Assembly (NCBI GenBank): GCA_965249575.1
Contig: OZ252244.1
Span: 1,344,001 to 1,408,000 of the forward strand
DNA length: 64,000 nt
Direction: 5' to 3'
From: Gemmatimonadales bacterium
GTDB lineage: Bacteria > Gemmatimonadota > Gemmatimonadetes > Gemmatimonadales > GWC2-71-9
The position numbers and the translations under genes were made by a program. The notes beneath the pieces are model-generated. The model was not told where the DNA came from. It made no database searches and saw only the letters and a program-made list of their open reading frames with translations. Shown piece by piece: positions 39,723-49,891 of the stretch (positions within the stretch are counted from its first letter, which is position 1; every line of letters begins with the position of its first letter).

Positions 39723-40804
39723 TGCGAATCCATGGCGGCACTGTGCACCCAGTTGAACTGCCCCGCGCTCCGTCCACCGCGGCCGAACTCTCCCACGACC
39801 TGAAGCGATTCGCGCGACAGCATCCAGACTTTCATGTTCGTGCCGTCCGGCACGAACAGCCAGCGCTGTTCCGGGTCGGGTGACAGCACCAGGTCCCACA
39901 CCGAGCCCATTGCGAGCGTGCGCTTTGCGAGAGAAGCCTCACGCACGAACGACCCATCTCTTCGAAACACCTGGATCCTGTTGTTCACCCGGTCGCCGGC
40001 GTAGACGAATCCGTCCCGCGCAATGCGGACGGCGTGCATGGGACTCCGAAACGAGCGAGCGGGCTCCGCGCGGGGATCGTAGGGGGGAAGTGGGTCGTCG
40101 GATGGACGCAGGCCGTAAGCACCCCAATGACGCTTGTACGCACCGGTCTCCGCATCGAACACGATGACCCGCCTATTCAAGTATCCGTCCGCTACGTACA
40201 GCTCGTGGGTTTCGGGATCGACCGCCACGTTGGTCGCTGAACCGAGGTGCCGCGTGTCGTTACTCCCGTTGGTGACTCCCCATTCGCCAATCGTCAGCAG
40301 CCGCTCACCGGTGCGTGAGAACTTCAAGATGACCTGGTCCCCCGTCCCGTTGCTCGCGATCCAAACGTTGTCTTCATGATCGACGTGTAGGCCGTGCTCG
40401 CTCCGGGGCCACCGTTTTCCGTTTCGCCAGGCGCGTATGGGCGCACCCCGGTCGTCGTGCTCGACGGAGTCGGGTCCGCCCCAGGCCTGCACCACGTTGC
40501 CTGCCTGGTCGAACTCGATGATCGATGGGGCCGGGACGCAGCACTGCGACAGTGGTGGATCCTGGACCGCCCCAGCCTCACGCGCCGTCAGCGTGAGCGG
40601 CCGATGTACGATCCAGACGTGGTCCCGGGAATCGACAGCTATACCCGATACCTGCCCGACGATCCAATCGTTGCGCAGGGGCTTGGGCCAGTGCGGGTCG
40701 ACGCGATAGGCGCCGGGGGTGTCCTGTGCGGCCTGCGCGCGGGCCGTGAACGTGCTCGTCGTGAGAATCAGGAGGAGACCGATCCGGCGGCCCAAGACAG
40801 TCAC
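39659..40804 (-). CDS. Secreted NHL-repeat propeller (PAL-like)
   Basis: Signal peptide; GIAVDSRDHVWI.HR, SQCCVPAP, EHG, YVADGYLNRR, HAV, DRVNNRIQVF, WVH. Confidence 0.85.
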   Translation of the reverse strand: MTVLGRRIGLLLILTTSTFTARAQAAQDTPGAYRVDPHWPKPLRNDWIVGQVSGIAVDSRDHVWIVHRPLTLTAREAGAVQDPPLSQCCVPAPSIIEFDQAGNVVQAWGGPDSVEHDDRGAPIRAWRNGKRWPRSEHGLHVDHEDNVWIASNGTGDQVILKFSRTGERLLTIGEWGVTNGSNDTRHLGSATNVAVDPETHELYVADGYLNRRVIVFDAETGAYKRHWGAYGLRPSDDPLPPYDPRAEPARSFRSPMHAVRIARDGFVYAGDRVNNRIQVFRRDGSFVREASLAKRTLAMGSVWDLVLSPDPEQRWLFVPDGTNMKVWMLSRESLQVVGEFGRGGRSAGQFNWVHSAAMDSQWNLYTAEVNTGKRVQRFVRH

Positions 40805-41687
40805 TGCTGTTCCTCTCTTCCGTTTCCATTTCCATCGGCTTGATCACGTTACGGAGCACTCCCAGCCCTTCGATCTCCACATCGATCACGTCCCCTACGC
40901 GCACGGCACGGCGCGCTCCTTCCACTCGACCTACCGTGCCGGTGAAGATCAAATCACCCGGCTCCAAAGTGACGTACCGGCTGATGTAGCTCACGAGGTT
41001 GGGCGCCTTATTCGCGAGCTCGCTGGTGCGGCCCCGCTGTACCACCTCTCCGTTCATACGGACCACGACCGCGAGGTCGGTGAAATCGACGCCCGTCACG
41101 ATCGTCGGACCGATCGGCGCCCACGTGTCGGCGCCTTTGGAGATCATCCGCGTGGGATCTTCGACCCCGCGGCGCTCGCCGTACCACGTGTTCTCGCTGA
41201 AGTCGTTTCCCACCGTGACGCCGAAGACGTGATCCAGCGCCTCGTCCTCGGGGACGTGTCGCCCCTCCTTGCCAATGACGAGCACCAGCTCCCCTTCGTA
41301 GTTGAGATTACCAGCTTCCGGCGACAGCTCTACCGAATCACCCGGGCCGACGATGCTGGTCGGGAACTTGGCAAAGAACCGCGGGTTGGGAATCGGGCCC
41401 TCCCGCCCGGCTCCCAGCGTGTTGATGGCCACTCCAATGACCTTGTGGACGTCGGAAGGGTCGATGGGCGCCAGGAGCTGTACCTCGGCAAGGGCGAAGA
41501 CACGACCCGTGGGCTGGCGGGTCGTTAGCAGGTCGCCGCGCAACTCGGCGATGCTGTCACCACGCAAGATGCCGTACGCGACATTCTCCTCCCTGGAGAA
41601 TCGCACGTACTTCGTCTGCGCCACCAGCGGAGCGGCGGCGCTCAGGAGCGCCGCCGCGAGCACCACAAGACGAGAAAATCTAGTCAT
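40801..41687 (-). CDS. Fumarylacetoacetate hydrolase family protein with signal peptide (3' end probably frameshifted)
   Basis: FFAKFP, NYEGELVLVIG, GNDFS, KGADT, LEPGDLIFTGT; leader AAAPLVA-Q. Confidence 0.85.
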
Positions 41688-41711
41688 CGCAACCGCTATC
41701 CTCACTTGGGT

Positions 41712-43688
41712 TCATCTGACCGTTTCCCCGGGCAGCGCCAGCGCAACGAGCTCTGCCTCCGCCCCAGTCTGCGCTACGGCAACGACGATGTACTGCTTGC
41801 CGTTGTGCATGTACGACATCGGCGCTGTGTTGGTAGTGGCCGGCAGGGCGACCTGTGCTATCTCATTGCCCGTCTGCTTGTCGACGGCGTGAAGCCAGGG
41901 GGTCGCCGCGCCGTCCCTCGCCGTAGAACAGCAAGGATTTGGTCGTGACCAGCGTAGCGTGCGACCGCTTCCCGGTCCTGGGCAGGTCCACGCCGCGAAC
42001 TGCGGGGTGGCTGGTCAAGCTCCTCGGCGTGTCACCGTTCGTAATGCGCCAAGCGTGATCTCCGGTCGTGAGGTCGATGGCCACGATGCTGCCGTACGGC
42101 GGCTTCAAAAGCTCGAGCCCCATGGGCCCCCGAATGCCGCCAGGACCCGTCGACACGTAAGAGGCCGTGGATCCTCGCTCCGAACCCGGCACCAGCGAGA
42201 TCACACTGTGGCCCCGCTCCGTAGCCACGAAGAGCATTCCCGTTTCCGGATCCACCGACGATCCGCCCGGGATGTTCGCCCCTCCGTTGGCACCGGGCAC
42301 CACGAACGTGCCCTTGGTGCCATCGGCCGCGTGGAGCAGCGACGGGGGCGTGAAGATCGGCCCCATGCGAAACGGTCGCGCCAATTTGACGGCCATGTCG
42401 CGGAGCCGAGGGGTGAAGTCGATCAGGTCGTCCTCGGTAATGCCTTGTAGCTCGAATGCCGCAGGCCGAGTCACGTGTGGCTGGGTCGGGGAGATGCGCT
42501 CCGTCGGGACGTCGGAGCCGGATACGGGGCGCTCCTCGATGGGCCACACGGGCCGTCCGGATTCTCGGTTGAAGACGTACGCCCACCCCTGCTTGGTGGT
42601 CTCGATCACCATCGGCACTTGCTGTCCGTCTACGGTCACATCAACGAGTTTGGGCGCGTTGGGATTGTCCATGTTCCAGACGTCGTGGTGGACCATCTGG
42701 AAATGCCACACACGCTCTCCGGTCTCGACATCCAACGCCACCAGGCTCGTACCGTAGAGATTCCGCCCCAGACGCTCACCGCCGTAATAGTCGTTGGTGG
42801 GTGTATCGGTCGGAATGAACACCAAACCGCGCTCCGAGTCCGCGGAGAGCGGCGCCCACGAGGACACGTTCCCGGTGTAGGCCCACGAGTCACCTTCCCA
42901 CGTGTCGTGTCCGAGCTCGCCGGGCTCCGGCACGACGTGGAACGTCCATCGCAGCATGCCGTCTTGGCGTCGTAGCCCCGCACGTGGCCGGGGACGTTCT
43001 CCTTCTTGCTCGGGTAGTATCCCCGATCATGCGAGTTCCCGACGACGATCACGCCGTTTACGACGATCGGCGGGGAGGACGCGGTGATGTCGCCGGACGC
43101 GAGGACCCCACTATCAGGGTGCACCGGGTAGTCACCCAGGCCCAGGTGAAGGTCGACGATGCCGTTGAGACCAAAACGGGGAATTGGGACCCCGCTTTCC
43201 GAGTCCAACGCCACGAGGTAGTAGCCGGGAGTGATCGTAAAGATCACGCCACGCCCATCGACCTCCGCGTAGGCGACACCCTTCCCGTAATCCTTGCGCG
43301 TCGATGCCTGCCAGCGCGGGTTCTCTCGCATGCGCCACATCCACAAGGTCTCGCCGGTGGAGGGGTCGATCGCGACTACCACTCGTCGTTGCCCGGCGAC
43401 GGCATAGAGCCGGTCTCCCACCTTGATCGGCGTCGCGCGATAAATGAAATCGGGCTCGGGACCGTAATTGCTTGCCTTCCACCGCCACGCGATCTCGAGA
43501 TTCGCCACGTTCGTCGCGTTGATCTGGTCGAGCGGTGCGTATCGGCTACTGCCCTCATCGCCGCCCCAGTAGCGCCAGTCTCCGTTCTCGGTACCGAGGC
43601 GCTGTGCCGCAGATGGGGGGGCGGCGCCTCCCAAAAGGAACGCCGCGGCCGCGATCGCCCGCGCTGTTTTCAGCGTCTGGCTCGTCAT
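41712..43688 (-). CDS. PQQ-dependent (glucose/quinate-type) dehydrogenase, two frameshifts (~42960, ~41900)
   Basis: RYAPLDQIN..NVANL..AWRW, VWHFQMVHHDVW, PGANGGAN, KPPYG, PMSYMHNGKQYIVVA; both shifts lie at G/C runs. Confidence 0.85.
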
Positions 43689-44095
43689 TGTGGGGGCCCT
43701 TCGATCACAATGCGCTCGAGAAGGGCCGGCTCCGCCGGCAAGGCGCGCCTGCCGGACGGCAGACCGTTCAGCTTGAAGATGTATGCCAAAACGGCGGCGT
43801 ATTCTTCCGGTTTCAAGCTGGAGGGCCGGTCTTCGGGCATGGTGGTCGACATCACGTCGAAAAGCATGCTCACGGGCGCGCCGACCCAGGAGGGGAGAAC
43901 GCGTTGGTTGAAGTAGTCGCTCGGGTGACACTGGCTGCACGCTTGCTCGTACATGCTCTCGCCCCGCTGCGCCTGCTCGTCCGTATACACACCCTGACGC
44001 ACGGACATCACGTCATCCGCAGTCTGGCCGGTCGCTGACGTCGCGGCTGCCGCCAAACACGTCGCGGCGGTCACGAGTGGGGCGTATCGCGGCAT
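43685..44095 (-). CDS. Monoheme cytochrome c
   Basis: Signal peptide; GVYTDEQAQRG, CSQCH, TMPEDRP. Confidence 0.88.
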   Translation of the reverse strand: MPRYAPLVTAATCLAAAATSATGQTADDVMSVRQGVYTDEQAQRGESMYEQACSQCHPSDYFNQRVLPSWVGAPVSMLFDVMSTTMPEDRPSSLKPEEYAAVLAYIFKLNGLPSGRRALPAEPALLERIVIEGPPQ

Positions 44096-44209
44096 GAAGG
44101 CCTCGGGCCAGTTGGGTTCGAGACTGGATCGAGTGATCTTGTAATACCCTCGATCGCTGCGCTCGGGAAGGGCCCTTGCGGACGTCGCTCAATTTGAGAG
44201 GAAACTCAC

Positions 44210-44374
44210 ATGTCACCGTCAGGCAACACGACACAGGTCAAGGTCGATAGCGGCACGGGGATGCTTTGGTTCATGGGGTGGTTGTTTACGATAGCCTTTG
44301 CGAAGCTCGGCTTTTGGAAGGGGGTGTTGGGTCTCATCATTTGGCCGTACTACCTCGGCGTGCTGCTCCGGTAG
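44210..44374 (+). CDS. Small membrane protein (54 aa), absent from ORF track
   Basis: MSPSGNTTQVKVDSGTGMLWFMGWLFTIAFAKLGFWKGVLGLIIWPYYLGVLLR*; GAGAGG RBS. Confidence 0.7.
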   Translation: MSPSGNTTQVKVDSGTGMLWFMGWLFTIAFAKLGFWKGVLGLIIWPYYLGVLLR

Positions 44375-44520
44375 AAGCGCGAGGCGACGCCGCACGTGTG
44401 AGAAAGCACGGCGCACCCCCTGGTCCACTGAGAGCGTGACGCAGTGAGGTGACTCGCCGGGCGTGCGGAGCCAACCTGACAGGATTAGGGCCTCGGGCCG
44501 ACACAATCGTTGACCGCTCG

Positions 44521-44835
44521 TTACCCCTGGGGCGTGATCTCCCCGGAAAGTGACTGCGCGACGATTTTCCCGCTCGTACTACGAACGTGTCGCTCGCCAC
44601 CTCGTACACATTGTCGGCCGTTTTCGGCAGTCCATACGATGTACGCGTAGTCCCCATCGACCGACTGCTGCTTCATCGCGCACGTGGCACCCGGCTTCGC
44701 GAACTCTGCAAGCATCTTCTCGAACAATGGCTTGATGGCACCAACACCGTTCAACGGGCCATCGGGCGTGAACAGTACGGCGTCGGGAGCATGATCAGAT
44801 AGGATGCCGTCGAGATTGCCCTCACTGAAGGAAGG
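44521..44835 (-). pseudogene. SnoaL/NTF2-like protein remnant (5'-truncated, frameshifted)
   Basis: GNLDGILSDHAPDAVLFTPDGP..G...I...F; GDYAYIVWTAE / ADNVYEVASDTFVVR / GKIVAQS split across reading frames. Confidence 0.75.
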
Positions 44836-44848
44836 GATTACCCGCCGG

Positions 44849-45364
44849 CTACATATACCGCGCCACGGCCATGAGGGCCGTCGCCAGGGCCAAGAGCACC
44901 GCGACGACGCGCCCCGCGCTGGCGGAACGCCGGCGCAATTGCTGCACTACCGCGAGCTGAGCGGACCGATCCGACCCCTCCGGCATTTGCGCCGCCGCTT
45001 GAGCGAGGGGCCCGGCACGCATCACGGCGGGTCGCATGACGCCGACCCCGACGACGAACGCGATCACTGCGAGCAGCCCACCGACGCCCAGCGCGAGGCC
45101 GAGCGGCGACGTCACCCAAGCCCTGTGGGGCCCACCGGACAAACGCCAGTAGAGCCAAAGGCCGGAGAGGATCGTCAGCCCCGCGACGATCGGCATGACG
45201 TCCATGAACCGCCGGCGTTGGAGAGCGGCCATGACCTTGGCTCCGTCGGGGCCGACGTCCTGGACCGAGGGAACCAGAAACAGTGCGACGAAGATCAGGG
45301 CCCCAGCCCAGAACACGCCGAGCACGATGTGGAGCAAGCGGAGAGTGATAACCAGGAGATCCAT
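44849..45364 (-). CDS. 4-TM membrane protein (DUF2269/CopD-like)
   Basis: LRLLHI..GVFWAG, LTILSGLWLY, MAVARY. Confidence 0.7.
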   Translation of the reverse strand: MDLLVITLRLLHIVLGVFWAGALIFVALFLVPSVQDVGPDGAKVMAALQRRRFMDVMPIVAGLTILSGLWLYWRLSGGPHRAWVTSPLGLALGVGGLLAVIAFVVGVGVMRPAVMRAGPLAQAAAQMPEGSDRSAQLAVVQQLRRRSASAGRVVAVLLALATALMAVARYM

Positions 45365-45405
45365 GAGTGCTCCTCGACCGCTGTGGTCAGGACGATAACG
45401 TGGCC

Positions 45406-46590
45406 CTACCGCATCACCTTCAACGAGAAGACCAACTGTCCGGATGCCGCGACGACGTCGCCCTCGGTCAGCGTCCCGTCGATGGTCCAATCGCTCACTT
45501 TGACCAATGTCGTTCCTGCCATGCTCTGCACCTGCACCTGGGCACCGAGCTCGGTGAGCAGATTCACCAGGCCTTCGGACGACCACGGCCCGGTCATTTT
45601 CCACATGAGCACGACATTGTCTTGGGACTGCATCTCCGACGTGAATTCGAGCTCGGCGCGAACCGCGCGTCGCAATCGTGGCTCGAGGACCTTGCGGAAC
45701 CGCAGGCCAGTGCCCGGTGGCGCTGGCGGCGCACGTCGTGGTTGCGCCGAGGGTGGTGCTCCCTCCGTAACGGCGGCGCCCACCCCGGCATCAGCCGCCA
45801 CGGCAACTCCCCGTGCAGCCACCTGAGCGTTCGTGCCCGGTGCTTGTTTCGTGTTCGCGATTCGAACGCGCAGCTCGAGGTATCCGTTGAGCGTCCCGTC
45901 GGTGACCCACGTGAACCAGAGCGGCCCCTGCTGATCGACGATCTGCGAGCCCGTGCTCCCCGCCACGCGTGGATCACCGATAATCCCGATGGCGTGCCCG
46001 TCCGCGTTCACCAGGTGCATCGGCGGTACGCCCCGTCCCCCGACATACTCCCACGAGATTTCCTCATACGGGGCACCCGGTCCCTTGAAGTCGATCGGGC
46101 CATAAATATCCGCTCCCCCAAAAAACTCCACGGGCAACCCCACGGCGGTGCCGCGCGAATCCTGGTAGAGTTTCACGCCCCAGGCATCGGTCTCCCGGTT
46201 GAGACCGGTGAGCTCCACCTGGATCCTCGCGTTGGGCGATGGGGTCCCAATCGCCACGATGTTCCGGGCGCGGCCGTTCGCTCCAAGCAACAGGAAGTTG
46301 CGCCCCGGCACGCCTTGCTCGTCGACCTGCCTGACCATGAGCGTGCCCTCTCCGCGGCGCCACGCCTCGGCGATCAGCATCCCACGCTGGAGCGCCACCC
46401 GGCCTAAAGTCTGTGATCCAGTGCCATCTTGATCGATGATCACCCTCGCGTTGAGGAGGCCGGGAGGTGAGGTCAGTTTGGGGCCCTGCGCGGCAGCCGG
46501 CATGGTGACCACAGCGGCCAGGCCGGCGCCGAAACTCGCCCTGATGAACTCCCGGAGAATCTCGTGGTGGTTCGTCCATCGTGCCGTCAT
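45406..46590 (-). CDS. Hypothetical exported protein
   Basis: 394-aa ORF with typical codon usage; leader ending AAA-Q; GAGG RBS. Confidence 0.6.
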   Translation of the reverse strand: MTARWTNHHEILREFIRASFGAGLAAVVTMPAAAQGPKLTSPPGLLNARVIIDQDGTGSQTLGRVALQRGMLIAEAWRRGEGTLMVRQVDEQGVPGRNFLLLGANGRARNIVAIGTPSPNARIQVELTGLNRETDAWGVKLYQDSRGTAVGLPVEFFGGADIYGPIDFKGPGAPYEEISWEYVGGRGVPPMHLVNADGHAIGIIGDPRVAGSTGSQIVDQQGPLWFTWVTDGTLNGYLELRVRIANTKQAPGTNAQVAARGVAVAADAGVGAAVTEGAPPSAQPRRAPPAPPGTGLRFRKVLEPRLRRAVRAELEFTSEMQSQDNVVLMWKMTGPWSSEGLVNLLTELGAQVQVQSMAGTTLVKVSDWTIDGTLTEGDVVAASGQLVFSLKVMR

Positions 46591-46652
46591 TGTGTTTCAC
46601 CTCGTAGTTACGGTGGGGACAACGCAGCGTCTGGACGGAGCGAGCGTGTGGG

Positions 46653-47606
46653 TCACCTAGCGTCCAGCCGGGCGGGCTCGATCTCCGCGAACAGCCGCCG
46701 GAGTGACGTTCGCACTACCGGCCAGCTCGACGTGGTCGGAACGATCATCTCAAAGTGCCCGGACTCCGTCGCTTCGACGATCCGCGCGAGCGTGTCACCG
46801 GCCATCACGGCTCGCTTGAAGTACGCCCGACCAACGGGTTCCCACGTCCGGTCGTGCATCCCGACGATCAGGATCTGCGGGACGTCGAGCGGTGCCAGCT
46901 GCATCGGCGACGCGTCGCGGTTTCGCTCCGGGTGAGCCACCCATGAGCCGGTCGATGACGTTGCCGCACACACCGCTCGCGTGCAGACCTTCGAGGTCTG
47001 GTGCTGGGGCCAGCGCCAGAACGCCGTGGATTGGCAGCGGGTCCTCCACGTAAAGCTCGCTGTCTTCCCGAAGGGCCCTCCGCGCGGCGAGCCACAGCGC
47101 AAGGTGTCCACCTGCCGAGTGTCCGCTCGCCACGACCCGTGAGAGGTCGAGATCGTATTCGGCCGCCAGCACCCGCAAATGATCCGCGCCCTGGGCGACA
47201 TCGTGGAATGTTCCAGGCCAACCCCCACCGACGTTCCCGACGCGGCGATACTCGAGGCTCCACACCGCGTAGCCCGCGTCCGCAATACCCTGCTCCAGGA
47301 GTCCGGCGTGGGAGATGTCGTATGCGAGAGCCAGCATCCGCCGTGGAGGAAGATGACGACCGGATGCGGGCCGCGCCTCTCGGGCAGGCGCAGCCTGCCG
47401 AATTGCAGGGCGCCGTCCCCGTAGGAAATCCTGTGGTCGGCCGGTGGCGACTCCATGCTCACGACGTCGTCCGCGCTCAGCAAGTCCTGCGCGAGGACAC
47501 CGGTCGTCGGTATTCCGCCGACGGCCACCAGCACCATGCACCCTGCGGCGAGGTGGCGAAGGGACCGTTCGACGGCGGCGTTGCGGGGGCTGAGCTGGTC
47601 CGTCAT
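46653..47606 (-). CDS. Secreted alpha/beta hydrolase (esterase), two compensating frameshifts
   Basis: HGGCW | EYRRVG, GHSAGGHL | GMHD, GHFE distributed over two frames. Confidence 0.8.
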   Translation of the reverse strand: MTDQLSPRNAAVERSLRHLAAGCMVLVAVGGIPTTGVLAQDLLSADDVVSMESPPADHRISYGDGALQFGRLRLPERRGPHPVVIFLHGGCWLSHTTSPTPDSWSRVLRTRATRCGASSIAASGTSVGVGLEHSTMSPRARIICGCWRPNTISTSHGSWRADTRQVDTLRCGSPRGGPFGKTASFTWRTRCQSTAFWRWPQHQTSKVCTRAVCAATSSTGSWVAHPERNRDASPMQLAPLDVPQILIVGMHDRTWEPVGRAYFKRAVMAGDTLARIVEATESGHFEMIVPTTSSWPVVRTSLRRLFAEIEPARLDAR

Positions 47607-47747
47607 GGAGGACTAAGTTGGACCGCGGGGTGTCAACCGGCCAGAGAGGTGCTCAATCCGATGAGTGTGCCTTCCTCTCTCAGTCCGCGCATCCATATTT
47701 GACTCACTGCGCCCCGTGCTTCCGCGCGCGATCCCAAGGAGCCTACC

Positions 47748-49679
47748 ATGCACCGCATCTTCGTTTTCGCAGCCGCCCTTGCTTTGGTCCCGCGGGTGGC
47801 CGCCGCCCAAGACCGCGCTTCCGCCGCGAACTGGGCCGACCGGGTGATGGCCGTTCGCTCGATCGTGCGAGAGACCCCCCAGTGGGCTCCGGATGGCACC
47901 CGGATTCTCTTCGCATCCACCCAGGGCGGCGGAGGGCTTTGGACCGTGCCCGCCGAGGGCGGGACTCCCATTCAACTCGCCGCGACCAGCGGGGGCGCGG
48001 GCCACTTCCTGCAATCCGGCCAACCCCGGTGGTCGCCGAACGGTGAGTGGATCTCGCTCATCTCCGATCACGCCGGCCAGCCCGAGATCTGGCTCTGGTC
48101 GGTGGCCGACGGAAAGGCAACGCGCCTCACGAGTCTCGGCTCGCGGATCAGCTCCTACAGCTGGTCTCCCGATGGCCGCTGGATCGCACTCACGGGCGGG
48201 CGGTTCGGCAGCTACGACATCTGGAAGGTGGCCGTTCCCGGCGGAGCAGCCCACCGACTCACCACTGACGCCCGCCCCGATGTGTTCCCCACCTGGACTC
48301 CGGACTCGCAGAAGATCCTCTACGCGCGGCTCGACATGCGGTGGATGGATCACGACCTGTTCGAGATCTCGGCCGACGGCTCGAGTCCGCGCTTGGTGCT
48401 ATCGGACACCGATTTCTTCGACTACCGCGAAGGCTCCGCGTTCGGCGCGTCACCGGTCTCGCCGGATGGAAAGACGGTGCTCTTCCGCTCGCAGCGGAGC
48501 GGCTGGATCAACTACTGGGTTCAGCCGCTGGCCGGTGGGACGCCGCGGCCCGTGGCCGCTGAGGAGACCGAGCAAACGGAAGCCATGTGGTCACCGGACG
48601 GCCGCCTCATCGCGTACGTCGCCAATCACAACGGGACCACCGAGGTCCGTGTCGCGCCCGCCGGTGGCGGGCCGTCGCGCGCGGTCGTGTCGCCGCCAGT
48701 GGGGAGAGTGCGAAGCATCGACTGGTCACCCGACGGCCGGCGGCTCTCCTACACACTGGAGACACCAACCCGCGCCGCGGACCTGTACGCCGTGGCGGTC
48801 GAAGGCGGAGAGCCCAGGCGGCTCACCTTTTCCGATCGCGGCGGCCCGCCGGAGCCACAGCTCATCGTGCCCGAGAAAGTGAGCTATCGGACGTTCGACG
48901 GCCTGACGATCAACGCGTATCTTTACAAGCCGCGCGGACTGCGGGCCGGTGAACGCGTTCCGGCGATCGTGCTGGCGCACGGGGGGCCTACCGGCCAGTT
49001 CAGCGACAACTTCAACCTCCACGCCCAGTTCTTTACCGGGCAGGGGTACGTCATGTTGCTGCCCAATGTCCGGGGCAGCTCCGGATACGGGCGCCAGTTC
49101 GAGATGCTGAACAACAAGGACTGGGGGCACGGTGACCTCAAGGACATCGTCGCGGGTGTCGACTACCTCGAGACTCTCCCCTACGTGGATCCGCAGCGGA
49201 TGGGAATGGAGGGCACGAGCTACGGCGGATTCCTAACGGCCGCCGCGGCCGTCTGGGCGCCGGAGGTCTTCCAGGCAATCGTCTCGATCTCTGGATACCC
49301 CAACCGCGTCGAGCTGCGGAAGGATTCCGAGTACCAGCACCTACAGCAGCTCGCGTACGAGTTCGGCCCCTTCGAGGAGAACCAGGACGTCTACTATCGC
49401 AACTCGCCGTTCTTCCACGTCATGAGCGCGACGGCGCCGCTGTTCGCGATCTGGGGAGAGGGCCGTTTCCCCGAGTCCGGGCAGACGTACATGTTCGCGA
49501 AGGAGCTGGAGCGGCATTACAAGACCGTACGGTACAAGGCCTACCAGGGAGAGACCTTCTACGTTCGCGGTCGGGCGAACGTGAAGCAGATGTTGCTCGA
49601 CATGCTCGAGTTCTTCGATCAGTACCTGAGGGACGACGTGCGGACGCCTGCAGCGCAGGCGTCGATTGGAACACCCTGA
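47748..49679 (+). CDS. Secreted S9-like protein, paralog of 6006-7913, non-canonical catalytic triad
   Basis: Signal peptide, WSPDG repeats, HGGP, NVRGSSGYG, GTSYGG; WGEGRFP and GETFY in place of HG..D and GEGH. Confidence 0.88.
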   Translation: MHRIFVFAAALALVPRVAAAQDRASAANWADRVMAVRSIVRETPQWAPDGTRILFASTQGGGGLWTVPAEGGTPIQLAATSGGAGHFLQSGQPRWSPNGEWISLISDHAGQPEIWLWSVADGKATRLTSLGSRISSYSWSPDGRWIALTGGRFGSYDIWKVAVPGGAAHRLTTDARPDVFPTWTPDSQKILYARLDMRWMDHDLFEISADGSSPRLVLSDTDFFDYREGSAFGASPVSPDGKTVLFRSQRSGWINYWVQPLAGGTPRPVAAEETEQTEAMWSPDGRLIAYVANHNGTTEVRVAPAGGGPSRAVVSPPVGRVRSIDWSPDGRRLSYTLETPTRAADLYAVAVEGGEPRRLTFSDRGGPPEPQLIVPEKVSYRTFDGLTINAYLYKPRGLRAGERVPAIVLAHGGPTGQFSDNFNLHAQFFTGQGYVMLLPNVRGSSGYGRQFEMLNNKDWGHGDLKDIVAGVDYLETLPYVDPQRMGMEGTSYGGFLTAAAAVWAPEVFQAIVSISGYPNRVELRKDSEYQHLQQLAYEFGPFEENQDVYYRNSPFFHVMSATAPLFAIWGEGRFPESGQTYMFAKELERHYKTVRYKAYQGETFYVRGRANVKQMLLDMLEFFDQYLRDDVRTPAAQASIGTP

Positions 49680-49722
49680 TCGCCGAGGGGGGGGCGACGT
49701 AGGGAGGACCGAGCCTCGGCAC

Positions 49723-49836
49723 CTCGAGTCCCGGGTCGAGCAGCGGCTGTCTGAGCTCAATGCCGAGCTGCTCAAGTGGATGTTCTTGTTTTGGGTCGGG
49801 ACAGTGGGAACGCTGGTGGCGTTGCAGAAGTTGTAG
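49723..49836 (+). pseudogene. C-terminal remnant of DUF1640/CCDC90-like coiled-coil + TM protein
   Basis: LESRVEQRLSELNAELLKWMFLFWVGTVGTLVALQKL*; no start codon. Confidence 0.55.
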
Positions 49837-49891
49837 CGACGGTGGTCGCGTCGCAGGCGAACGCGAGCGTGAAGGTTGCCGTCTTACACGC

